A DNA stretch of 64,000 nucleotides, from positions 233 through 64,232 of the forward strand of contig DATDUW010000038.1 in assembly GCA_035290185.1 (NCBI GenBank), read 5' to 3'. The position numbers and the translations under genes were made by a program. The notes under the pieces were generated by a model that did no database searches, had not been told where the DNA came from, and saw nothing but the letters and a program-made list of their open reading frames with translations. This document shows positions 7,740 through 15,977 of this stretch, piece after piece; the first letter of the stretch is position 1; each line of letters opens with the position of its first letter. The DNA comes from Patescibacteria group bacterium (GTDB lineage Bacteria > Patescibacteriota > Patescibacteriia > UBA9934 > GWF2-40-263).

Positions 7740-9953
7740 ATGACGTTTCTTTCAGGTCGGCTTTCTTCCTGTCTGTTTCTGGTTTTTCTTGGCTGCGAAT
7801 CAACGTTTAGCGGAGATTATGGCGGGGAAGGCCCGGTCTTGCATCTGCCTGTTCCTGCGGGAAAAACCCTTTTGTGTTCGCAGGGCGTGGGGGGTTCCTA
7901 CAGCCACACGGGAACTTCGACTTTCTACGACATTGATTTTGACACGGACAACGGTTCGGACGAAGAGGTTTTTGCGCCGGTCAGCGGTGTGGCACGTGTC
8001 CATACGGAAAGTGCAACCGCGAATTTTGGCTACCACATCAACATCGATCTCGGAGACGGAACGTATGTCGTGACCGCCCATCTGAAGCAGATCTTTGTGA
8101 CAGATGGGTCGGAAGTAGCGGCGGGGACGCTTCTCGGGTATGAGGGCTGCACCGGCCTGTGTACTGGTGATCACCTTCACATCGGGCGCCACCGCGGGGA
8201 CGCGGCTCTCACAGCCGAAAAGGGTGAATCCATTGAAGCGTTCTATCTTCTATCTGATGCGACGTCTGGGGAATCCGAAGCCAAAATTCTTTCGGGAACG
8301 GCATTGGTTTGCGGTATCTCTGCTTCGGGAGACGCCATCGATGGTCACCGTTACGAATCGTCACTTACGGTTACTGCCTGGCACCCGGACGGAACGTTGG
8401 TCAAAACCCCCTCCAGTTCATCGGTCTTCCTTTTGGAGGACGGAGCCTTGCGGTGGTTTACGGACGAGGAAGCCTTTTGGAGTCGTGGCTACGCGTTTTC
8501 CGAAGTCACGCTCCTTTCCAAAGACGAATATGTCTGCTACAACCGCGGTCCAGATCTGTTCGGGATCGGATTAGTGGATGCTGCTTACGATGCCACGGGA
8601 CAGCTTTGGCTTGTGGTCGGCACACAGGAGGATCCGGATCGCTTCCGCAAGCTTGTTGGTTCCGAAGCTCAAGAAGCCGTGCTGGCCTCTTGGGGATTGG
8701 ATTTCGGATCTGATCATCCGCCGACGTCCTATCCTCCTTCCCATCCCTATTTTACGTCCTGGCCCGTTTCCGGAGGTTTCGCGGAATTTCGGGAAGGTTC
8801 GCTGATGAAAGAAGATGGAGATTCCGCAGTCTATGTGATCAGTCACGGTGCAGCTATCCCCATTTTCCAATGGGATGTCTACTTGTTGCTCGGGTGGTTT
8901 GAACGGTCAATTTTTTCCGTCCCAGGGCAAGCCATTGCTACAATCCAGGGAGAGGTTGGCTCCTGTTCAACAGATCTCTGGTGTCTTGACAAAGAGGCGG
9001 CCGCCGTCTGTGGGGAAGGAATAAAATTGGGATCAGGTGGAAGCTACGAGCAGGATGCCTGGCTTGATCCAACCCCTTCGGATTCGACGTCTGTTCCGTT
9101 ATCTTCTGGTTGTACGGACAAGGATGGCGATGGTTTTTGCAACGAAGCAACCGGCGGTTCGGATTGTTGGGACTCCAACACGGATGTTTTTCCTGGGCGT
9201 CCTGAAATTTGTGGGGACGGCATTGATCAGGATTGCAGTGGGACGGATGAAATGTGTGAGGACACCCAAACAGATGTGGATGGCGACGGCATTTTCGATG
9301 GTGCAGACGATTGTCCTTTTCATGACAACACCGATCAGTCGGATGCAGACGGTGACGGGGTGGGAGACGCTTGTGACGCGGACAGGGATGGCGACGGTAC
9401 CTCGAACGGTTCTGATTGTGAAGCGGACAATCCGTCCGTGAGTTCCTGTCATCCTGTTGATTCTCCGACACCAACTCCTGTGAATTCGCAGGATGTCTTT
9501 GATCCGACCCCCGTTGATTTACAAGACCTGTTCAATCCAGTACCGATTTCGGACTCTTCGACTTCGGAAACAACGGATGACGACATTCAGTCTCTCTCTA
9601 TTTCATGGACAACACCCTTCGACTGGGAGTCGGCTTACGTTTCCCTTTCTGGAGCGTATCTTTTTGCCAATGGAACGTATGGATTCACCTGGCGTGAACT
9701 AGTGACAACGTTGGGTGAAAGCTTCGTCGACTATGAAATAATCGGATCCGGGATGGGTCCTGGAGATTTCTTCCGGTTTTCCATTGAGTATATCGATGAT
9801 CTCGGCAATACGAGTTGGTCGTGCATCGGCCCCTATCCCCCTGGAATTCTCCAGGGAACGCCATATGCAGAAGCCGACGGTCTTCCCCTTCCGGTCGAGA
9901 TTGCGGACGATCCGGAATCAGATGGCTGTGGCCTGATCGTAGAATTGATTTGA
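7740..9953 (+). CDS. M23 family metallopeptidase lipoprotein with Cys/Asp-rich and thrombospondin-type-3-like Ca-binding repeats
   Basis: AAGGAGATATCTC precedes the ATG at 7740. The signal peptide plus lipobox is MTFLSGRLSSCLFLVFLGC. M23 motifs are SHTG..YDIDF and GDHLHIG. Repeats include DVDGDGIFDGADDCPFHDNTDQSDADGDGVGDACDADRDGDG. There is also a DCWD..PGRPEICGDGIDQDCSG motif. Confidence 0.85.
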   Translation: MTFLSGRLSSCLFLVFLGCESTFSGDYGGEGPVLHLPVPAGKTLLCSQGVGGSYSHTGTSTFYDIDFDTDNGSDEEVFAPVSGVARVHTESATANFGYHINIDLGDGTYVVTAHLKQIFVTDGSEVAAGTLLGYEGCTGLCTGDHLHIGRHRGDAALTAEKGESIEAFYLLSDATSGESEAKILSGTALVCGISASGDAIDGHRYESSLTVTAWHPDGTLVKTPSSSSVFLLEDGALRWFTDEEAFWSRGYAFSEVTLLSKDEYVCYNRGPDLFGIGLVDAAYDATGQLWLVVGTQEDPDRFRKLVGSEAQEAVLASWGLDFGSDHPPTSYPPSHPYFTSWPVSGGFAEFREGSLMKEDGDSAVYVISHGAAIPIFQWDVYLLLGWFERSIFSVPGQAIATIQGEVGSCSTDLWCLDKEAAAVCGEGIKLGSGGSYEQDAWLDPTPSDSTSVPLSSGCTDKDGDGFCNEATGGSDCWDSNTDVFPGRPEICGDGIDQDCSGTDEMCEDTQTDVDGDGIFDGADDCPFHDNTDQSDADGDGVGDACDADRDGDGTSNGSDCEADNPSVSSCHPVDSPTPTPVNSQDVFDPTPVDLQDLFNPVPISDSSTSETTDDDIQSLSISWTTPFDWESAYVSLSGAYLFANGTYGFTWRELVTTLGESFVDYEIIGSGMGPGDFFRFSIEYIDDLGNTSWSCIGPYPPGILQGTPYAEADGLPLPVEIADDPESDGCGLIVELI

Positions 9954-9969
9954 ACCCTTGCTCTTTCTC

Positions 9970-9995
9970 GCTTCCGGTCATTTTTGGCCGGAAGC
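9970..9995 (+). terminator. hairpin (possible attenuator) between the M23 gene and the T4SS-like operon
   Basis: GCTTCCGG-N10-CCGGAAGC, followed by a T-rich tract (ctttctcgttctttt). Confidence 0.35.
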
Positions 9996-10072
9996 CTTTC
10001 TCGTTCTTTTGTACGGGTAGAACCACCGTTGAGTGCAAGAGGGAGATGGGCTGTGCTATACTGGAGGCGTTT

Positions 10073-13000
10073 ATGAAATGGTGGGCGGTACAGCTTCGTT
10101 CCGCCGGATCGCGCTTTTTGGAAAAGGCACGCCGGCTTTTTGCGTTCCCAACACAAAAGACTTCCTTATTGATTTTATTTTTGGTTCTCGGCCTGGGGGC
10201 AGCAGCAATGGTCCATGCCCAGGCAACGGGTCAGACGAACGCAAGTTTGGACACGAGCGAATGGATTCTTTTGAACATTGCCAAGGGATTCGTGTGGACG
10301 GCTCAGGTGGCAGGCAAGGTGATCGTTGCTCTCATCGGGTTGGCAGCGGTCCCACTCATGCAATACAACAATTTTGCCACCTCTCCCGTTATCAGTCTCG
10401 GATGGTCGCTCACACGCGACGTCGTAAACCTGTTTTTTGTGATCGTTTTTATTGCGATCGCCGTGGGGACGATGTTCGGAGTCGAAAAGTTCAAGTGGCA
10501 ACAGCAGGTGCCTCGGCTGCTTATCATGGCCGTAGTGATCAATTTTAGCCGGACCTTGGCCGGCCTTATGATTGATGCAAGCCAGGTCGTTATGCTGACG
10601 TTTGTTAATGCCCTGAAGGATATTGCTGGGGGCAATTTTATTGCCATGTTCCAACTGGATGCGATCCTGAATGTGAACCCGACGACAGATATTCAGACTG
10701 GAGCTGTTTCGCCCCAGGGCATGACCGTGTTTGATATTTTTGCTGCGTCGTTCATTGCTCTCATCATGATGGGAATTGTCCTGGTGGCCATGACGTTTTT
10801 GGTGCTCATCTTGGCCTATCGGATCGTGGTCTTGTGGGTCTTGGTGGCTATAGCTCCTTTGGCTTGGTTTTTTAAGACGACGCAAGGGATGATTAAGGCT
10901 GATCCCTATGGCGATTGGTGGAAAAAATTTCTTTGCATGCTCCAGGTGGGGCCGGTTCTCACGTTCTTCCTGTGGTTGTCCTTAGCTGTGGCTGGCAATG
11001 GCACGATCGGAGCCGACCAATTTCCCTCCAGTGGTCTGAATGAGGTGAATATCGATTCTGTTCTCGGCGCCATGGATCAGAGTCGGCTGCTTAGTTTTGT
11101 GATTGGAATCATCCTGTTATTTGCGGGGTTTGAAGCAGCGGAACAGTCCTGCGGGGGTGCGGACGGCATGACAAAAGCCCTTATGGGGAAGATGAAGGGG
11201 TATTCCACCTCTCTTGCCAAGCTGCCTGTGGCTGGAGCTGGCTTGGCTGGTGCTTTGACGATTGCTGGTGGACGGAAGGGTTTACGCGGCCTTGGAGCGT
11301 TGGGTGGCGGTCTCTATAACACAACCGTTGGTCGTGGCACGCGAGCGGTGGGCGACTGGTGGACCAATAAAAAAGTCAATTGGGGAAAGGTTCCCGAAGG
11401 GAAAGAGGGCGGATTTTTTTCTCGAACCGTGAAATCGCGTCTGGCGAATTCTGGTCAAAAAGGTTTGGCAAAGCGCGCGGCACGGACGGATGCGGCAAAG
11501 GGGAAAAAGGAATGGTCAAAGGAAGCGCTTCTTACGCGCCTTGCGTCTGCTCCCCCCACACGGGCGATTCCCAAATTTTTTGATGCGGCTTTGGCTGAAA
11601 CGAAAGATGCCATGATGGATCCAAAAATGCTTGAGGAACACCCAGAACTCTTAAAGAAGAGGTTGGAGACGAAGTACGGGGACAAGACCTTCCTGCAAAT
11701 AATGGAAGAGCGTTTTAAAGGCGATCCGAAATTTCAAAAAAATCTGGAGGGTCTCAGAGTAAAGACCCCGTCGCTTCTTGGAGAAACGGGTGCGAAAGCC
11801 GCCTTGCAGGAGAATGTCAAAGACATTGAAGGCGTGAAAAAGTTGGACGAGGGCGAGTTCAAGGACAAGACGGTTCGTGGGCATGTTTCTTCCCTGGCAA
11901 CGCCTTTTAAGGACAAAGATGGCAAAGAAATTCTCATGGGTACGGCTGTTCTCCAGGGTCTGCTGGGCGACAAGACAAAGAGCGCGTGGATTGAAGGGGC
12001 GAAGAAGACCGGGGAATTCAATACGCCAGAAATTTTGGCTTATGCCCCGCCGGAAGAAGTGGCAATAAAAGACGTCCAGGCAGAGAGCCTGACGCCCGAA
12101 GTCCTTGCGAATTTTGCTGCCAATGGCTCAAAGGATTTTGCCAAGGAACTGAAGAAGACAAAGAATCTTGAAGCAAAAATGGAAGAATATAAAAATGATC
12201 CAACAAAGTTGGACGGGCTTCTCAAGAAAGGGTTGGATCGTTTTGGGAAGGACAAGGAAAAACGACAGTCCATGTTGGGAAACCTTGCTCGATTGGGATT
12301 TGATCCAAAGATCCTGTTCCGGTTCGACGAAGGCGTCGGCGATTTTGCGGATAAAGAATGGAAAGATGATTTCAAAGAAACCGTTGGAAAGGATAAAGAC
12401 CTTATTTTGGAATCCACGAATAGCACGAATGCCGGGTTTGCCAAGGCTGCGGCCGGAGCCATAGACGACCGATCTGTCTCTGGTCTCATGCGTGATCTAA
12501 GCGAGTTGGTAGAAGATCCGTCGAAGACTCCGAAGGAAAAAGAAGAGAAAGCCGGTCAGATCGAGAAGCTCTTCGCGTCCGTCCAACGTCAAATTGAAGA
12601 GATTGATACGGAAGAAAAAGAAGAGGAAAATCATGGCGGAAAACTTTCCGATGAAGAAAAGAACAGACGCAAAGGACTGAGACGTATTTTGAAGTTTGAG
12701 ACGCAACTTCAACGACTGAAGAAAAAGATGACCGGCGAAGAGGGTCTTGAAGAACTTGCGTTGGATGAGGAGCCATCTCTTGATGAAAAGGATGATCGTG
12801 TGAAGGAAACCGTTACCTTGCAACGCCGTTTGGAAGATCTACGGACAAAAGGAACCTTGCAGGAAAAAGAAGCCGCAGAATTGCAGGCAGGAGTTCAACG
12901 GCTGAGCCAGCTGGAAAGCGAGGTAGATACGGCCCTTAAGAAGGCTCAGGCGGATCTTAAAACCCGAGAGACGGAAGTGAAAGAAAAGAAAGCGGAATAT

Positions 13001-13120
13001 GACAAGGCTCCTGTGGAAGGAAGGCGCGCGTTGGAAGGAACTATTGAGACCGCCGAAAAGGCCGTTTCAAAATTGCGTGACCAGATCAAGCGTTTGACCA
13101 TGCCGACCGAGCCATCTTGA
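10073..13120 (+). CDS. polytopic membrane protein, VirB6/TrbL-like candidate, with a long Lys/Glu-rich coiled-coil tail
   Basis: GGAGG lies 5 nt before the ATG at 10073. There is a signal-like N-terminus. Roughly 400 aa carry many hydrophobic helices (e.g. FFVIVFIAIAVG, IALIMMGIVLVAMTFLVLILAYRIVVLWVLVAIAPLAWF). The remaining 550 aa or so are K/E-rich. The gene sits directly upstream of PrgI/VirB4 genes. The family call rests on topology and context only. Confidence 0.55.
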   Translation: MKWWAVQLRSAGSRFLEKARRLFAFPTQKTSLLILFLVLGLGAAAMVHAQATGQTNASLDTSEWILLNIAKGFVWTAQVAGKVIVALIGLAAVPLMQYNNFATSPVISLGWSLTRDVVNLFFVIVFIAIAVGTMFGVEKFKWQQQVPRLLIMAVVINFSRTLAGLMIDASQVVMLTFVNALKDIAGGNFIAMFQLDAILNVNPTTDIQTGAVSPQGMTVFDIFAASFIALIMMGIVLVAMTFLVLILAYRIVVLWVLVAIAPLAWFFKTTQGMIKADPYGDWWKKFLCMLQVGPVLTFFLWLSLAVAGNGTIGADQFPSSGLNEVNIDSVLGAMDQSRLLSFVIGIILLFAGFEAAEQSCGGADGMTKALMGKMKGYSTSLAKLPVAGAGLAGALTIAGGRKGLRGLGALGGGLYNTTVGRGTRAVGDWWTNKKVNWGKVPEGKEGGFFSRTVKSRLANSGQKGLAKRAARTDAAKGKKEWSKEALLTRLASAPPTRAIPKFFDAALAETKDAMMDPKMLEEHPELLKKRLETKYGDKTFLQIMEERFKGDPKFQKNLEGLRVKTPSLLGETGAKAALQENVKDIEGVKKLDEGEFKDKTVRGHVSSLATPFKDKDGKEILMGTAVLQGLLGDKTKSAWIEGAKKTGEFNTPEILAYAPPEEVAIKDVQAESLTPEVLANFAANGSKDFAKELKKTKNLEAKMEEYKNDPTKLDGLLKKGLDRFGKDKEKRQSMLGNLARLGFDPKILFRFDEGVGDFADKEWKDDFKETVGKDKDLILESTNSTNAGFAKAAAGAIDDRSVSGLMRDLSELVEDPSKTPKEKEEKAGQIEKLFASVQRQIEEIDTEEKEEENHGGKLSDEEKNRRKGLRRILKFETQLQRLKKKMTGEEGLEELALDEEPSLDEKDDRVKETVTLQRRLEDLRTKGTLQEKEAAELQAGVQRLSQLESEVDTALKKAQADLKTRETEVKEKKAEYDKAPVEGRRALEGTIETAEKAVSKLRDQIKRLTMPTEPS

Positions 13121-13139
13121 AAAGGAAAGAAAGACGTCT

Positions 13140-14825
13140 ATGGGGGAAGAGAAGAAACCGCCCGTGTTATTGAAAGATCTTCCTGAAGAGATCCAGGATT
13201 TTCTTTGGAGCGCAGATGTTTTTGATGTGTTAGATCGTCTTCGGGAAAAATATCTTTTTGAAGAAAAAGCAGAGGCGGAGTTGTTGGGCCTGTTGGAAGA
13301 CGTGACTGTTGGAAGAGCCGCATGGACCGGGTTGCCCGGACTTTTAGAGGAGCGGATTGGGATCCGTGGGGAATTCTCAACGCGAATGGCCATTGATCTG
13401 GCCGGTTATCGCTTGCTTCCGCTTTCGGATTTTTTGGGAGACGTGGCCGGACAGATCAGGGTCTGGGGTGGGGATCCAGCCGTGTTTCGGAGCGTTCAAA
13501 AAGTAGAAATTCGGGCATTTCAACCAGAACAGATGACCAAAGAAATACTGAAAGATCTTCGGGTCCATCTGACAGATGCTGTTTCAGAACATCGGTTAGA
13601 GACGATTTTTGCATCGTTCGTCCGTCGTGAAAAAGGCCAGGAGGAAATCGCAGAAGCCCTCTGTCACCCTGTCAAACTTGGTGGCCTTGCTTTGTCACCG
13701 GGAGCCGCAGGAAAATTGGTTGCGGCTTTTTTTGAGCGGCTTGAAAAAAATCCATGGTGGAAGGCAAGCCGCATCAGCCCCGTTGTCCCAGTCGTGGCCG
13801 TTCCCCCTCGTGCCTTGCCGACAGAAGATAAACAGAAAAGAGAAAAAAAGGAAGACGAGGAAGAGATGTTTCGCTTCGTCGAGATGTTGAAAAAGACCGA
13901 TGTCGCACGCGGCCTTCCGTTGGACGAAGCTGTCGCGGAGATTCAAAAGCAGGCGTCTCTTGTGCTTGAAACGGAGGCGATTTCTCGATTTCGAGCTGCG
14001 GTCGAGGCACGTTTGCGAGAGGTCCGAACCCCGGTTCAGACGCGTGAGCAACTCGAAAAATCACGTGGTTCTGGGGGTGTCGGTTTGACTGGTACGGTGT
14101 TGGCCCAAACCATGGAGGCTTTAGAACAGGTCTTCGAGGCGTGGCAGCGCGTTGAAACGGAGCGCCTTGCCAAGGGACGGCGAACACGGACGGAAGAAAT
14201 TGCCAGAACGCGAGAGGAACGGGACGCTTTTGTCAAAAAGGAAGAGGCATTGCTTTCCCGCCGGTTTGCGGAACGGACCGGAACGATTCCAAAGGAGTCT
14301 GTTTCTCCAGCTGCCCCTTCACTTGCCCGCGTTACGGCCTCGCACAACATCAAAGAAGAACTGAAACGTCAGGAAGCGAATATTGACAGTGTACGTGTTA
14401 AGCAAGCGGTTGTTCAGGCGTCGGCTCGTCCGGAGTCGGCACCTCCCCCCATTTCGAAGGTTTCATTACCCAATCGCATGGAAGATGTCCGAACGATCCG
14501 TCGTCCTTTAGCCGGCCCCATGGAGGAAATAGGGAGGATGACGCTCACGGAGTTCCGGCGGCTGTCAGGTGATCCGGCAGAGGCCTCCCTCAAGGTAAAA
14601 GACAAGATTGATCTCCTCTCAGAGGAGGGTTACCAGAAGCGTGTGGAAGCAGTTCAGGCCTGGCGGGCCTCCCCCTTGTATACGGCCTATCGCCGGGTAG
14701 TTGAACGCTCGCTATCAGAAGGTGTTTCTTTGGAAAAAGCAGCGGAAAAATTTGATGTGCCGGACATGCCAACGCCAGCGGAAGTCCGTTGTCTAGCATC
14801 CCTCAACGCTTCGCTGCGGTTCTGA
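13140..14825 (+). CDS. hypothetical soluble protein (561 aa), Glu/Arg-rich
   Basis: The ATG lies 19 nt after the previous stop, in the operon. No TM segments or catalytic motifs were recognised. Confidence 0.7.
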   Translation: MGEEKKPPVLLKDLPEEIQDFLWSADVFDVLDRLREKYLFEEKAEAELLGLLEDVTVGRAAWTGLPGLLEERIGIRGEFSTRMAIDLAGYRLLPLSDFLGDVAGQIRVWGGDPAVFRSVQKVEIRAFQPEQMTKEILKDLRVHLTDAVSEHRLETIFASFVRREKGQEEIAEALCHPVKLGGLALSPGAAGKLVAAFFERLEKNPWWKASRISPVVPVVAVPPRALPTEDKQKREKKEDEEEMFRFVEMLKKTDVARGLPLDEAVAEIQKQASLVLETEAISRFRAAVEARLREVRTPVQTREQLEKSRGSGGVGLTGTVLAQTMEALEQVFEAWQRVETERLAKGRRTRTEEIARTREERDAFVKKEEALLSRRFAERTGTIPKESVSPAAPSLARVTASHNIKEELKRQEANIDSVRVKQAVVQASARPESAPPPISKVSLPNRMEDVRTIRRPLAGPMEEIGRMTLTEFRRLSGDPAEASLKVKDKIDLLSEEGYQKRVEAVQAWRASPLYTAYRRVVERSLSEGVSLEKAAEKFDVPDMPTPAEVRCLASLNASLRF

Positions 14826-14845
14826 TATGATAGAGAGAGAACCAT

Positions 14846-15289
14846 GTGCCTGATCAATTCGTTGTTCCCCAATTTATCGAGGTTGAAGATAAAATTCTCG
14901 GATCCCTTTCGGTCCGCCAGTTTTTGATTCTTCTGGTGGGCTGTCTGCTCACGGCCGTGCTCTATAAACTTTTGAGTTTTGCTTTTTTCCTCGCAGCGGC
15001 CATTCCCCTTCTGGCGGCCAGCGGTGTCCTTGCTCTTTTGAAAGTGAACGGGATGCCCTTTCATTTTTTTCTTTTAAATCTCCTCCAATCCATGCGTCGG
15101 CCGGCGCGGCGCGTTTGGAACAAGGAATGGACTGAGGAAGAGCTGCGAGCGGCTCTGCAGGAAACTCCCCACGCATCCGCCCCCACGCCTTTTCATAAGA
15201 CCGCGCCCGCAGGCACGCGTCTCCAAGAGCTGGCGCTTGTCGTGAACACCGGCGGTGTCTATCGCCCGGAGGAAGAAACGGAATCTTGA
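14846..15289 (+). CDS. PrgI family protein (VirB3-like T4SS membrane component)
   Basis: GTG start. The N-terminus PDQFVVPQFIEVEDKILGSLSVRQFLILLVG, followed by two hydrophobic helices, is the characteristic PrgI pattern. Confidence 0.8.
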   Translation: MPDQFVVPQFIEVEDKILGSLSVRQFLILLVGCLLTAVLYKLLSFAFFLAAAIPLLAASGVLALLKVNGMPFHFFLLNLLQSMRRPARRVWNKEWTEEELRAALQETPHASAPTPFHKTAPAGTRLQELALVVNTGGVYRPEEETES

Positions 15290-15293
15290 ACCT

Positions 15294-15977
15294 ATGCCAA
15301 AAAAGACGTCTCCTCAAACCGTTGTCCGTCCGCAAACGCAGCGTTATTTGGAAATTGCGGAAATGCGCGACGATGTCGTGACGCTCAAAGATGGAACCAT
15401 TCGGGCTGTTTTAGCGGTTTCGAGTTTGAATTTTGCGTTGAAGTCCGATGAAGAGCAAGAAGCGATCATCCAGGCTTATGTTTCCTTTTTAAACGGGTTG
15501 GAAGAACCGATCCAGATTGTGATTCAATCTCGTAAGATGAACATCGACGGTTATCTTGAAGACTTGGGTATTCAGGAGCGCCGTACGGCCAATCCTCTTT
15601 TGAAATCACAGATGGAAGATTACCGGCAGTTCGTGCAGGAATTGGTGCAGATGGGAGAAATTATGCAGAAGCGTTTTTATCTTGTTGTTCTCCATGAGGA
15701 GGGGGAAAAAAAGAAGCGTAAGTCATTCTGGGTTAGGCTTTCCGAGGCAATTTCGCCGTCCGCGGCCGTGCGTTTGCGCGAAGAGGATTTTCAAGGGCGG
15801 CGCGAGGATTTGTTCAAACGTGTTTCTATCCTCCAATCCCAGTTGGGAAGTATGGGTCTTGGAAGCGCTGTCTTAGACACCCAGGGGCTTATTGAACTGT
15901 TTTACGGCTGCTACAACCCCGATCTTTATGAAACGCAAAAGATGGCGGATCTTTCCAAGGTGCGCCTAGAAACGTGA
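15294..15977 (+). CDS. VirB4 N-terminal-domain-like protein (stand-alone)
   Basis: The ATG lies 4 nt after the PrgI stop. The pattern LEIAEMRDDVVTLKDGTIRAVLAVSSLNFALKSDEEQEAIIQAYVSFLNGL..PIQIVIQS resembles the N-domain logic also seen at the start of the next ORF. Its stop overlaps the next start (GTGA). Confidence 0.5.
   Translation: MPKKTSPQTVVRPQTQRYLEIAEMRDDVVTLKDGTIRAVLAVSSLNFALKSDEEQEAIIQAYVSFLNGLEEPIQIVIQSRKMNIDGYLEDLGIQERRTANPLLKSQMEDYRQFVQELVQMGEIMQKRFYLVVLHEEGEKKKRKSFWVRLSEAISPSAAVRLREEDFQGRREDLFKRVSILQSQLGSMGLGSAVLDTQGLIELFYGCYNPDLYETQKMADLSKVRLET

Noticed and set aside
10175-10885. A 236-aa minus-strand ORF inside the VirB6-like gene. Similar cases are 16049..16750 in virB4, 29525..30142 in ABC-F, 57220..58098 in rseP and 58549..59292 in pheS.
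   Set aside because: Each is antisense to a gene with strong motif support, and the products are His/Arg/Pro-rich nonsense.
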